Below are positions 1 through 12,490 of a DNA stretch of 64,000 nt, piece after piece (position 1 is the first letter of the stretch; every line of letters starts with the position of its first letter). The notes below the pieces were generated by a model that did no database searches, was not told the DNA's origin, and saw only the letters and a program-made list of their open reading frames with translations. The stretch is from Lama glama (Eukaryota). The DNA lies in assembly GCA_028534125.1 (NCBI GenBank), contig CM052817.1, positions 108,502,001 to 108,566,000 of the forward strand, given 5' to 3'. Position numbers and translations under genes: made by a program.

Positions 1-355
1 CTTGTTTATCTATTCTATAGTTTTGAAATCCCAGTCTATCTCTTCCCACCCCCACCCCCTTGGCAACCACAAGTTTGTATTCTATGTCTGTGAATCTATT
101 TCTGTTTTGTATTTATGCTTTGTTTGTTTGTTTTTGTTTTTGTTTTTTAGATTCCACATATGAGTGATCTCATATGGTATTTTTCTTTCTCTTTCTGGCT
201 TACTTCACTTAGAATGACATTCTCCAGGAGCATCCATGTTGCTGCAAATGGCGTTATGTTGTCGGTGCTTATGGCTGAGTAGTATTCCATTGTATAAATA
301 TAGTACATCTTCTTTATCCAGTCATCTGTTGATGGACATTTAGGCTATTTCCATG
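1..355 (-). mobile_element. LINE-1 3' end fragment (ORF2 C-terminus and 3'UTR), runs off the window edge
   Basis: Reverse-strand L1 motifs GATTCCACATATGAGTGA, CTTACTTCACTTAGAATGA, ATGGCTGAGTAGTATTCCATTGTATA and CAGTCATCTGTTGATGGACATTTAGG; complementary to the plus-strand copy at 14822-15740. Confidence 0.92.
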
Positions 356-1199
356 CTGTGATAAGACATTTTCTTTGTCTACACTCTTTGGCTCATAATA
401 CAGTTCTGAAGTGAACTCCTCTTTGCCATTTGAATGAAAAATGCGTTTTCCTAACTGTGAGATTCGCATAGACTCATCAAGGTTCAAGCCTTCTTTTATG
501 AGCCTCCTTTTTTTAGGTTATGAGAGGAAAATTCAGCCCATGATAGGATTTTCCTTCATGTTGAGTTGAACAGGCTTGTTGCTTCTTGTTTCTGTAGCTG
601 ACTCACTGAGTTATTTTTCTAGTGAATTCACTTTGTTCACGATATCATCATTACAAGTTTACACCTATGTCATATAATATAATTTAAGAAAATATTTGGA
701 ACCAGAAAAAGAAATAACTCTAGAGTGGTGGTATAGTAACTACAGTAGAGCTTGGACTGTGGTGTGTGGCCTGGCACACCACTGAGCTTAAAGAATAATG
801 ATATATAAATTAAATGCCAAAGATTCTTTAATTAATAAATAAATCAGGCCTAGACTTTATTTATCCAAAGGCTGAGTGAGGGAGAGACCATCGTACAGTT
901 TGGGTAGATTTGTGCGCAGTACTAAATCACAAATCCCAGACCCTAAGGCAGTTTATTCTGTATTGGTTTTGACATCTGCTTAAATGAAATATAATATTTG
1001 ATAGTAATACAATCTTTATCCCAAATCAAATTTGATTTAAAAACTTTAAATTCCTGTAATATTTTCCTAAATACTGAAAAATATCATTAGATAAACTGCT
1101 TACATTATTAATAGTTGATTTATACAAGAAAGCTTTAACTATGCAGAATATTGATAATTTCCAGATTTTTAAATAAAAATGTCTAAAATTTGCTTACCA

Positions 1200-1830
1200 A
1201 TTTTAATATTCCTTGCACAGCTTTTATAATTTTTCTACATATGATGTTGACACATTTCAAGTTCCTTTTTTACTAAAATGAGATCTCACATAATGTGTTA
1301 TTTTTAAACCTGCCTCTTCTCACTCTTCCAAATATCGTCATTGTCTTTCACTGTAAGTACTTGCTTGTGTCGTCAGTGATTCTTAAACTCTTCTGGGTTG
1401 TAACATACTTGATATTCTAAAGAAGTCTGTGCAACATCTCTCTGTGCCCCATAAATATGCATATAGAGGAAAATATTGTATAAAGTTTAGGGGTCTCGGG
1501 GCTGTGGATCTCAGATAAGAAGCCTTGATCACATCACCATTCTGACCAACAGCTTTTTGTTTAACCAGTGCCATAGTGTTGGACTTAAAGATTAATTTTA
1601 ATTTCACTCTCATAAAACTACTGTACAGTGAACACCTTGATGTATACATACGTCTTTAAATATTTTCTTATTTATTTCATTAGAATGACTTCCTAGAAAG
1701 TTGAATTATTGGGTCAGATTTTCACTTTTTTCAGTATGTTTGGTATATATTACCATGTTGCCTTTTAAAAAACTTAAAAATGTCCTTTCAAAGAAACATA
1801 TAAAAGTACCACTTTCCTTTATTTGGGATA
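1200..1830 (-). mobile_element. Ancient degraded L1M fragment, interrupted by a hAT-Charlie-like piece (~1375-1510)
   Basis: Weak L1 motifs (TTCCTAGAAAGTTGAATTATTGGGTCA) and a CAGTGATTCTTAAAC Charlie-type terminus; highly diverged. Confidence 0.4.
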
Positions 1831-2384
1831 ATTCCTCTAGTCTTTGCCAAGCTGATGTGCAAGTGTAATATATTAGTCTTTTAATTAGTAAACATGGTAT
1901 ATTAAAATTAAGTGTGTTACTAAAGTTGAGACAAACTGCCAGGTCCTCATTTTCTGACTCTTTCATTTCTTAATTATTAAAGAACTTTATCTAAAGTGAC
2001 TTTTTCCCCCCACCCAGAATAAAGTTCCTACAGAAAGAAATTTGACTTCCAACCAATCTTAGAGTTTGTGTGGTAGTAGTAAACTCGGAAAATTACTCAG
2101 CGACGTCAGACAGTTTAAAAAATACACTGCCCACCGTGTTCAGACCCGTGAGCGTGCATTCCTTATTTTACGCCATCTAAGTACTTGCTTGGCTTCTTCA
2201 CCCTGGGTTCTATGGTCGGACGTGCAGAAGAAATAGCTCACGTGGGGTTTGTGACAGAAAGGCAGTAGCTCTGTGTCCAGCCCCACAAAGGGTCTGATGC
2301 CACTGCTGCCCGTGAAACAGGGATCCAGGGCTTGGAAGACGAGGCTCCCTTGACCCGTTTCTCCTGCTGTGACCTCCTCTTAGG

Positions 2385-2565
2385 AAGTGCCCTCCGCGAC
2401 CATGGCTTTAATAACCACCTGTCCATCGATAGTTTCCAGATCTGTATTTCAACCACACCTGTCTGTCATGCTCCAGACCCACACAGGCAGTGCCTGCCGG
2501 TCATAATTACTTGGATGGTCCCTTAGAACCTCAGTTCTACATGTTCAAAAATGATCTCACCTCCC
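2385..2565 (+). mobile_element. L2 (LINE-2) fragment
   Basis: CATGGCTTTAATAACCACCTG...CCAGATCTGTATTTC...CTTGGATGGTCC...ACATGTTCAAAAATGATCTCA resembles the L2 body consensus. Confidence 0.7.
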
Positions 2566-2603
2566 CAAGTTGAGACCCCTCATGAATTCCACCGTACGGG
2601 AAG

Positions 2604-2920
2604 GTCTTAGTCCGTTTGGGCTGCTGGAACAAAAAGACCATGGACTGGGAGCCTTGAAGATTTGTTTCTCACAGTTCTGGAGGTGGGATGTCCAAGACTT
2701 TTTGTCAGGTGAGAGCTGGTTCCATTTGTTCACACACTCTTCTCCTTGTGACCTCACCGCATGGAAGGTCCCTTTCTGGGGTCACTGATCCCATTGTGAG
2801 GGCCCCACCCCCGTGGCCTCATCTACCTCAGAAGGTCCTGAGTGCTGATAACATCACAGGGAGGGGCTAGACTTCAACACGGGGATTCCCTGAAGAGACA
2901 CAAACGTTCATCCTGAAGCT
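2604..2920 (-). mobile_element. MaLR solo LTR, MLT1A-like
   Basis: Starts TCTTAGTCCGTTTGGGCTGCT, contains TTTCTCACAGTTCTGGAGG and CACTGATCCCATTGTGAGGGC, ends GACACAAACGTTCA; reverse complement of the MLT1A-type LTR. Confidence 0.8.
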
Positions 2921-3942
2921 GGGGAGTGGTAACATGTGTCACCAAAGTGCTGGAGTCAGAAATCTGAATCCGTGAGTCCCCTGTGAGCTCCCTGTATATA
3001 AGTGCTTCCCAAGAGCCGTTGTTTCTCCTTCCCAGTGCATCTTAAGGATTCCTTGCGGTCCTTCTGCTGCTGCTTGAGTTGAGGGCGAGGTCACAGCATC
3101 CCGGGCCCCCGCGGTGCCCTCCCCTGTCTCCTTCTCCTTGTGTTTATAGGGTCTGACCCTTACAGCCTCCTCCACCCTTCCCTTTGTCTTTCTGGTAAAA
3201 TCCACATTCCTCAGCATAGTGTTCACACCTTTCAGTCCGGTCTTTCCTCTTCCTCCCTCCGTGGACCTCTTGGTCCCACGTGGGAACCCAACAACAGAGT
3301 TGGAGCTGTCCTTCCTCCTCCCAGCTCTGCACGCCCCCCACCCTCTTCCTGGAGCACCCACCCCTCTGCCCTGGGACAGCTATCAGTTTAGTCCCAGGTT
3401 CTGTGTTCTCCGGTCCAGGAAGCCTCCCCAGGATCTCTTCCCTGTGTCACCTGCTTCTCTCTGCTTTCATGAATCTCGGGCACCTGTTCACTGAAGTTAA
3501 ATTTTGGTGTGACACCATCCATTTTCTTAGTGTGCATGTTTACATTTCTCTTTTCACCAAAGTGGAATATTACGGTCCATCTGCTTTGTCATAGGAGTTT
3601 TTGCTAAATAATGGAATACCATGGACATAAAATATGAGTTGACAGCATTAGTTTGTTCGTGATGTGCAGGTCCTTTCATGTTCTGTAATTCCTTCAACCA
3701 GTTTTCCACTGAACAATACACACATTTTGGCCCAGTTTTTTGTGTCTCTGTAGGCAGTGAGGTGATGATTACCCTATGTAGCTACATCTTGTTTTAAAAC
3801 ACTTAGAAAGCAATTTCTCAATTTTAGTACTGGTGACATGGAACGTTTTTCTTCCTAATTTGTCATCATCTGAGTTTCGCTTTTGGTGAGTGCATCTTCA
3901 TGCCCTGGGTCTATGTTTGTGTTGGTCTGTTTGTTTTTTTCT

Positions 3943-4158
3943 CATTATTTTATTCTTTTTTATGGCTGAGTAGTATTCCATTGTATATGTATACACCACG
4001 TCTTCTTTATCCAGTCATCTGTTGACAGACATTTGAGTTGTTTCTATGTCTTGGCTACTGTAAATAGTGCAGCTATGAACATTGAGGTGCATGTATCTTT
4101 TCAAATTAGAATTCCCTCCACATATATGCCCAGGAGTGGGACTGCTGGATCATGTGGT
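3943..4158 (-). mobile_element. LINE-1 ORF2 C-terminal fragment
   Basis: ATGGCTGAGTAGTATTCCATTG...TATATGCCCAGGAGTGGGACTGCTGGATCATGTGGT, near-identical to other young L1 copies in the window. Confidence 0.9.
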
Positions 4159-4349
4159 GTCTTTCTCTCATTATGTGTAAGAATATATTTACAATTAAGT
4201 GTGTAATCCGTTGATACATACCTGGTGAATATGTTTTCCAGTTTATAATTTGCTTTTCAACTTGTGCACAGAAGATAAAAAATAGGTAATCAAAGGGATC
4301 TTTCTTTAACTTGCACACTCATGACTGAGAGAGTGTGAAAGAGGCAAAG

Positions 4350-4445
4350 TGTGTGTTAATGTTATTATGAAAATAATTTGGATCTCATGGACCCCTGGAA
4401 AGACCCTGGGAGACCCCAAGGGGTGCCGGAACCACACTCACTGAG
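4350..4445. mobile_element. hAT-Charlie-type DNA transposon end fragment
   Basis: TTATTATGAAAATAATTTGGATCTCATGGACCCCTGGAAAG...GGAACCACACT resembles Charlie termini. Confidence 0.5.
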
Positions 4446-5379
4446 CCCCTAATTTGAGGACAGGGGTCTGGGGGGTTAGGGGATGGGAAGGAGGAGGGAG
4501 TTGGGGGAGAAACACCCAGGCTTTTCCTCCTCCTGCCCCCTGAGCTCGTGCCTGCCGTTCAGCAAACCCAGCAGGGGGTGCAGGGGTGGGGCTGGTCTGT
4601 GGCCTGTGCAGCTCAGGACCAGAGGACACGGGCCCAGGTGAGAAGGGGGCGGCCTGGGTGGGGAGAATGGCCGATGCACCGCCTGCCTTTGTTTGCTGGT
4701 TGGACCAGAGGATGACCTGAGAACAGAACAGCACTGGGTGCGGGCCTCTGTGTGGGTCACAGAGAGAAGCCAGAAGCTGCTTGTGTTTGCTTTAAAGACA
4801 CCGTAAGACACCAGCAAGATGAGTTCATCACGTGAGCTCCTCCCTGTCCCTCTAAGAGGAGGCAGTTGAGGGTGGAGGATGTGGGCAGGAGCAGCGGAGC
4901 AGGGTGGAAACCGTCCTGGAAGGAAGGACCCCTCTCCCCTACCTGAGACCCCTAAGCCTCTATCACAACTTACTCTCCAGATGCTGTCCAGGCTCGACGT
5001 TTAAATACTCTCCAGGGAATCAGTTCACACCCTGGACAAACAGACACAGCTCTTGAAACTCAGCCTATGGAGGCGAAGGGCGTGTGTGGATTTAGCTCAT
5101 AGACACACCAGGCTGGGGTAGGATGTCGCCGAGCTAGCAAGGAGCCCAGCGCTTTTTAGCATCATCTGACAGCAGCCCGAGACCGTGAGCATTTATATTT
5201 TAATATTAACCCCCAGTGACGTGATGTTTATGTATTTTTAAAATTTGGAGAAGAATGGCACAAATTTCGATTGTATTTGAATGTTTTACAGAGCGTGTAC
5301 TTGACAGTTTAATTTTCTCGAGAGCGAGGGACTGTGTTCTTTAATTGTGTGTACCTGTGGTTTAACATAAGCTCTGGTT

Positions 5380-5955
5380 ATTTGTGGCAGTTACACTGGA
5401 TCGGTCACTGCAAAGGTTGACCTGGCAAATACAGAACCATCACACCTGGGGGAGACACAGGATCGGGGCCCGCCAGCCCCCGGTCACCAGTTTTCTCAGC
5501 CGATCTCTGGGCAACCTGGTCCTGTGTGTGTCTCTGTTTAAAGACACCTTATCTGACATGTACTGTGAGTTCAGGACCATTGAACTCATGGCCGATGGCC
5601 GCTTCTGGACCAGGCTTGTCGCACACCCGTAGGGGGCATCTCAAGACACTAGCCAGCACTTAAGTGTGCTTGGGGCCATTGAAAACAGTGAAGTCACCCC
5701 CAAAACACAAAAATGAGGAAGACATGGCACTCAGTATACTGGTGAAAGGACACTTGGTCACAGGATGGGACTGAAAACAGGAAGGGAGCTTCTCCTGGAT
5801 GGACACCAGCTGGGACCAGGTACCTTGGGGGACCCCGTACAACCTGTCCCCGAATGACCACAGAAAAGCTGCATATTGATTTCTGGTTACAAACACGTTT
5901 GAGCTGATTGGAACGTTAGCGGTCCTGGACGCAACGAACAGTGAGTATACTGTAG
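5380..5955 (-). mobile_element. MER82-like TcMar-Tigger non-autonomous DNA transposon
   Basis: TTTAAAGACACCTTAT, CATTGAACTCATGGCC, CTTGGGGCCATT, AAAGGACACTTG, CCGAATGACCACAGAAAG and ATATTGATTTCTGGTTACAAA occur in the order of the reverse-complemented MER82 consensus. Confidence 0.75.
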
Positions 5956-8900
5956 TGGGTGTGAATGTTTTATCAAGCGAGTGAGCAGCATTTCAGTTTA
6001 GGAGAAGGATGTGGAGCTGAAATCTAGTGATGCCTCCTGTGACCAGGGCTTCCTTCACTGTCCCTGAGGCGGGTCTTGGAGCAGACCCCGGCTCCTGGTT
6101 CAGGGAGGTGTGGCACAGAACCTGAGGGCCGACACCTGGGTTCCCAGCAGGTGTGTCTGACCCCTTTGGCGATGATTGGGTTACATATTAACTCTCTTTC
6201 CGCACTTTTTTGGTTCACTCTTTCAGCACAAATAGAGGGGCTATTTCTGGGTTTACTTTCTTCAACCAGATAAAGTCAGTATTATACCTGCCTGGAGATC
6301 CAAGAGCTAAACCTAAGTGCATTCATTCATAAACCTTTTTAAATATTGCCCTTAGAAATGGAGATGGTAGAAAAGGTGGGGAGGAAATTAACACAGACTC
6401 CTGATCAAAACAAGACTTTTTGGTGTATTAAAAAAGTTCCTCATAGTAAATTAAATTAGCATCATGTTACTAAGTAAGTAGCCCCTCCTCGCTCTTTATT
6501 CATACATTGTGTAGAACTTTGAGCTATTTTTAAGCCAAATCCTATACTAGAAATGTCCTGACCAAGCATCACGTGCTTGTTAAATGTTACCATAAAATAC
6601 TCTTCTTGAAGTGTGTATGGAACAATTTTCAAAGGAGAGAAGATTCTAAAACCAAAGGAAAACACCTTGTACCACCTGAGAGTTTTCTGTTCAACAGATG
6701 TAGTCAAAAAAAATAATAAACTCCTATAAATGTAGTGTTTAAAACTTACACAAAGATACGTTCCAGTGTAAGTATAAACTATAACTCTGAATAAATATCT
6801 CCACTTCAGTTTAAGAGAATGGTTCGCATAGCGAGCATCTGGGTGGTCCCGGGTTTCCTGGGACTTGGGCCTCCTTGGGAGGCAGGGCCAATGGTAACAG
6901 CTGGCATTTGTCCATTGTCCTGGCCTCGGGTGTCCAGCTGTAATCCATGGTCAAGGTGTGATGGGCTGCCAGGGAACCTGGGGCTGTGATTCCTGGATGG
7001 TGAGGAAAGGTTATCCCCCTGCCCCTCCCCGCAGCCAGCCTGCCCGGCGACTGTCCCTTGTTCCGAGGCACATGCACTGAACAATGGGGGTGAATGTGAT
7101 CCCAGGAGACTTCAGCCTCCATAGATCTTTGCCTGTAACCGAAGCCTTCTTCCTGGTAGAAATAGCACACTCCTGTCCCGGTGCTGAGAGCTCTCCCAAT
7201 GAACTTTTATTGTGGCTGGGCAGTTATCTTTTCAGAAGCTCCTCAGTATTCCAGGGTAGGAACCCCAAAAGCTGGTAACAGGAAATCTGTGCCAGTTTAC
7301 CCATCACATGAAGGGGTTCCTGGGGTCTCGGGGAGCTGGGTCGTACCTCTGGTTTCAGGTTTTGCAGATCAGGACTCTGACGCTGTCACGTCCTCTGCTT
7401 TCACAATTCTTGTCAGTGTCGTCTACAGAGAACCACCCGGCTGTGCCCCACACTTCGCTGCCCACCCTCCTTCCCCAGCTGGTAGGGAGCAGGGGAAGGT
7501 GAAATGCCATTATGGGATCACTGGGCAGGGACGTTAGCACCAGTCATAAAGGGGGAAGGGTGAGGCTGAATTTCACGTGTGCTCAACATATAAACCTAGA
7601 TCCTACACTGTGGCCTTTGTGACAAGGAGTCTCAGCTTTATAATGGGATTTCATTTTTGTTTACAACTCTGTAACAATTGCAGTGACACCTTATTTTTAA
7701 AAAATGCCTTTTAAGGTCATGTCAACAATTCATTCCTTACCTGATTGCCTCTCAGCTCAAAAATTAATAACAGAATTTCCTATTTTGCAGATCAGGCTCA
7801 AATGCTTTATTGCCTTCACCCATCCACCTCTGCTATTTAAGCCTCAGCTTTTCTGAACTCCTTTCAATTCCCCCAATTTGATGATTTTTGCATGAATTTG
7901 AACACACTCTTCCCACTGCCTGAAATTCTTTTTCCAAGCGTCTCCCTGGAAAAGTCATATAGCAATAAGGGTGACCTTAAGAGAATTTTGTTTTTTTCTT
8001 TAAAACCTGCTTCTGAACAAGATTATTTCTTAACATGTGGTTTTAAGTAACATTTACATCCAGCGCATGTAAGATACCCAGTATTTTCACAGAGGCACGC
8101 AGGTGAGGCAAAAATATAAAATGTGCCCTTTGGAGGTTAGAAATGTGAGTCTAATGACAGATTAATCCAGTGAGTAGCTCAGTTCATTTGGTTTCCATCC
8201 AGACTCAAAAAGCAACCCACTTGGTGTTCTAGCGTCTGGCATATTACCATCTGTGAACTGAGGGTTTTTTCAACATTCTACTTGGGTGGCCCCCCGAGCA
8301 GGACCCTGCGAGTTCGAGCCTGTCAACACAGATATCTTGAAAGGGCCATTTGAGAGGAGGAGAGGTGGCTTGATGTGAAACCAAGTATTTAAAAGCGTTA
8401 TCAACTGTGCCCAGGACCCATAAGTCACTGGAGGGTAAATAACCGGGGATGATTTTTCATTCTGCTCTGTGTGAAGGCTGAGCACGAGTGCACTCTTTTT
8501 TCTTTCCCCCTTAAGCTGACCTGTGTTAACCCTTGTGGAACAGTAAATCATTCGCTGAAGGAGGAGGAGGAAGAGGACCCATTTTTGTCTCTTTGGGTCA
8601 TTCTTTTGTATTCTGGTGCTTTCTGGGAGGCTGGAAGAATAGAAATTACATGTGCAGATGCCACGGGGCAGAGCCAGTTTTGTTTTTTAGCTGGAGGGTA
8701 GTTTTATATTTTATTGCCCTTTTCTTTGCTATGAAAAATCGGTATTTTACAAACTATAAAAGTTATTTTTATGAGATGTCCGTACTTTCCTCCTGTTAAT
8801 TTCCTTTTTCTCTTCTTCCTTCCGCAGTTGGCATCTTACCTAGATGGCTTGGGACAGAGAATATGTTATCTTTTCATAATTTCTAAGTGCTGAGCAGACA

Positions 8901-10019
8901 ATGATAGTTTTCTTTGGGAGTGCACAGAGATGTAAATATTGGATTAGCACTTTATTAACAGTCTTTTTTCCAAACCGGTTGATGGGTGTGTATGTTGTAC
9001 CTTCTTGCTCAGTGTCATTTGCACACTTTTTTTTTTTTTATCTCAGGGGTTCCAGATCGTTACTGGTCTCAGATGCTGGGTCTGTGCAGGGCTGGCACCG
9101 CCTCTCTGTTATTTCCAGCTGACCCCCTGCGATGCTCCTCGGGCACTCATTTATTGCAACTGTTTCGACTCCTTTCTTTTTGAAAGAGGTCACGCACAGT
9201 CATCGAATTTACCATTTCTCTGCCCGTTGTGCTTTCTGTTTGCTGTTTGGTTTGGCGTTCCTGTCTGCGTAATCGTGTATTGTTATCATGACAGCCCTCT
9301 TGAGACCCACCGTGGAGATAAACACTCAGTCCTTCAGTGATTATAAACTTTATTCTGACAACAAGCAGTACAAGAAAATGTGGCATCTCGGGTACACAGT
9401 GTTTTTCACAAAGTCCTTTATGGCTAAATTTGTGTTTTTAGGAGCTGTGTACTCAGAAGTCTTTAAACACCACCATAAAAGGCTGTTTTGCATGATCTCA
9501 AAGAATGGCAGAAACTGAGCTGAAGGGTGTAAAGGGCAGGCTGTCTGGAGACCAGTGTGGAGCGTGGAACTGTCCGCGTGTCCACCCGTCTGCTCCGTCA
9601 GCCTCTTCACAGCAGTGAGTCCCTGTACTTGACTGTCCTGAGCCTGTTTCATCTTCGTACGCAGCCCAGGTCTTCTCTTTCCCTGTACCCTGACCAGTAA
9701 TTAGTAACCCTGCCTTACAGATCCAACTTTATACATGCATTTCCAGTCTTTAAAGATAAAAATCAGATAGGCAGATAGATGGAAAAGGTGCTGTTAAATT
9801 ATCTATATTGTGGGAAAAATTTAACCAAAATGGACAATGTAAGTGAGAAGTGCACTTCCAGGTCATAATGACGGTTCACAGTGCATTAGTACCACGGAAG
9901 TAATATTCTTGAAAATGGAAGTGCACTGAAATTATGGCTTCTGAAATATTTTTCTTAAACTCAACCAAGTACATTTTTGGCACATAAGAAGTGAATTGTC
10001 TCCTCACATAGGCTACTTT

Positions 10020-10500
10020 AGAAATGAATTGAGTAAATGTGGTGTTCTAGAAATACTCACCACCTCGCCCCTTCATCTAGTTTATCATCCAGCAAATTCA
10101 GCTACTTAATGAACTCTAGAATTTTACTCCCTCCAAGGTCCCATGTCTGTGGTTCTGTTCTGTAAATCACAAACTTTTGAAACGCATCCACTTTCTAAGT
10201 GTTTACAGTGCAAGTTCCACAAGTTTGAAAAGGCGTTAAGCCTCAGCTTTAATGCTGTTTTCTGCTCAAAACCATTTATGATTTTCCCAGGTGGAGGTAA
10301 TCCCTTTCTCCTGAGTTTTCATGGTCCTTTTTTCTGTACCTCTTAGGACAGTTACTGTGGTCAGTCTTTAAGCTTGAAGGGTTTGCAAATCTTAGCTTTT
10401 AAAAAGGAGGATTAACACCTATTTTTAATTTCCTACAGTTCTCAGCGTAATGCCTTAAGTCTATTTTATATTCAATAAATATTGAATGAATGAATGAAAT
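10020..10500 (+). mobile_element. L2 3' fragment
   Basis: Ends with the L2 tail TCAATAAATATTGAATGAATGAATGAA. Confidence 0.6.
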
Positions 10501-10639
10501 AATGAGTTGGCTGTGATAACTGAGGTACCTTTTACTGGTCCAGTAAAAGGCTATTGACATGAAATTATTACTTGCAGTGTAAAAGTCTGTCTTTGGAACC
10601 ATTTCTTCCTTATCTGTAATCCGAGGGGACATCATCTCG

Positions 10640-11920
10640 TCTCTTGCCTTTGATGCTGTATGTGTCTAGATGACTTTCTTATGTCCGTCTGTAGTTCCAA
10701 TGTCTCTCTGATCCAAACTTGTATTATTTACTTGTCTGCAGGTATCACGTGGGCATCTTAACTTGATTGAAATGAGCCCTTCATTTTCCCCCCACAAATG
10801 TGCTCCTCCCCTAGTCTTCCTTCTGGTGGAAATCCCACTGCCCCCGCCATGGACAGAGTTGCTGATGAAGAAGGAGGAAGGGTTCTGATTCATCCTCTCC
10901 CCTCTGTGCCCACATCTCTCTCTTCACGTCCACCCCTCCCTACAGCCACGTCCTCATTTTCTGCTTCCTCTCAGGCCTCCCTGTTCATGTGCACTGGAGT
11001 CCCCTTCTGGAAATGCACAAGCCTGTGCTCCCCCCACCCCAGGGTCCCCCAGGCATTTACTCTGGCTTCCAGAGCTCCCGTGGTCTGACTTGTCACTAGT
11101 CTCCCACTCTCCTCCTGACATTCCGTCCAGGGGACCTTCCATAAGCACACCACGTTGCCCTGTACTAGCAAGGCCTTCTGTCAGGAAATCTTTTGCCCTG
11201 GGTCCTTCTGTCTGCTTAGATGCCAGCACAGGTGCCTCCTGGTCCTGCAGGGGCACCTGTCCACACTGCCTGCACACCTGCAGCCCCACCCCCCCAATCT
11301 CACTGCCTGTATGCTGTCTCTTCCCCAGTGAGCCTCCCTTTACTGCCCAGAATGGATGCTTTCTCCTCCATCAGCTCTCAACCAATGATTGGCAGAATTT
11401 GGTGTATCAATACCCCAGCTCCCCATCACACAGGATTGGGAAAGTCAGAAACGTGTGTGTTCACAGGGTCCCAGCATTTACCCAGATAATTAGCATCAGG
11501 GCTGAAGTGGTGTTGCTCACAGTGGTCGCTGTCCAGATGCGCTGTCCTGATATCTCTTGGCTACTTGATTTCCCAGTCTCAGCACCCCCCCAACTACTGA
11601 TGTTTCTTTCTCCTCCCAGATAAACATTTTCCACCTAAATCCTTGCCCCCCGGTCTGCTTCTCGGGATATCAGAACTAAGACACCTGTGACCCCTAGGGG
11701 ATCCACCTGTCTGTGTCACATGGCAGCATTTTAATTCTCTGCGAAGCGCATATCATCGTCTGATATTTTTCTCATTACTTCAGATAAAATCTATTAAAAA
11801 TTGTTTTTCTTCCTAATGGGATTTTTAAGAGCAGGGTATTTTTCTCAGGTCAGTATACCCAGCAACTGAGGGAAGCCCTGTGTATCACAGGCACTTGGTC
11901 AATGATTGACAAAAGAACAG
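10640..11920 (+). mobile_element. L2 element interrupted by an LTR16-like LTR
   Basis: L2 body motifs at 10640-11225 (GGGCATCTTAACTTG, CCTCCCCTAGTCTTCC, TCTTTTGCCCTGGGTCCTTCTGTCTGCTTAGATGCC) resume at ~11700 and end with CACAGGCACTTGGTCAATGATTGAC. Confidence 0.65.
11240..11683 (+). mobile_element. ERVL solo LTR, LTR16-like
   Basis: CCAATGATTGGCAG...TCAATACCCCAGCTCCC and 3' end CTCCCAGATAAACATTTTCCACCTAAATCCTTG...GTCTGCTTCTCGGG...AACTAAGACA, typical of the LTR16 family; 5' boundary approximate. Confidence 0.75.
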
Positions 11921-12379
11921 GTAATGAGTTTACGCAGGGAAAAAAAAAAAAAAAGCCCAAATTCAAGAATGCAGAGTGCAGGTTAAAACTGTTCATCTGT
12001 TCCTGAATAGACACTTGACTGCAGGCTAATGAAGTTGGAAACTTTTATATGACCCAGCTCTGCAGAGACAAAAAAAATGGCTATTCACTTGGCCCACGAT
12101 TACTGAGAGCCTCCTCTTTGCATCTGAGGCTAGGATGCATGGCTGGGCCGGCATATTAAGCAGGACCTTGAAATAATAATATTTCAACTGCTCTAATTCT
12201 GCATGGGTCAGGGCAACATTTCTTTTTAGGAATAGGCACCAGCCGTTCCACACTGGACATCTTTTCTTTCATTTTCCCTCCCCGACCACGCAGCTGCGTG
12301 TCTTCCTAATGGCCTCTCTAACCCTCCTCCCCGAACCCCCCAACTTTTCTGTCTTAGCTGCTTTTCGGTCCTGTATGGT

Positions 12380-12490
12380 CTCCCGATCATGAACTGCAGA
12401 ATTACAGGACCTGACCTTTCAAAACATCTCTTTGTCCCCTGTTCCTGGCATATATTAGTAAACGATGAATAAATATTTGCTGACTGATTA
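12380..12490 (+). mobile_element. L2 3' tail fragment
   Basis: CCTGGCATATATTAGTAAACGATGAATAAATATTTGCTGACTGA. Confidence 0.6.

Noticed and set aside
6800..7540. Coding exons suggested by overlapping GC-rich ORFs
   Set aside because: No coherent splice sites or protein similarity; weak resemblance to a highly degraded minus-strand L1M
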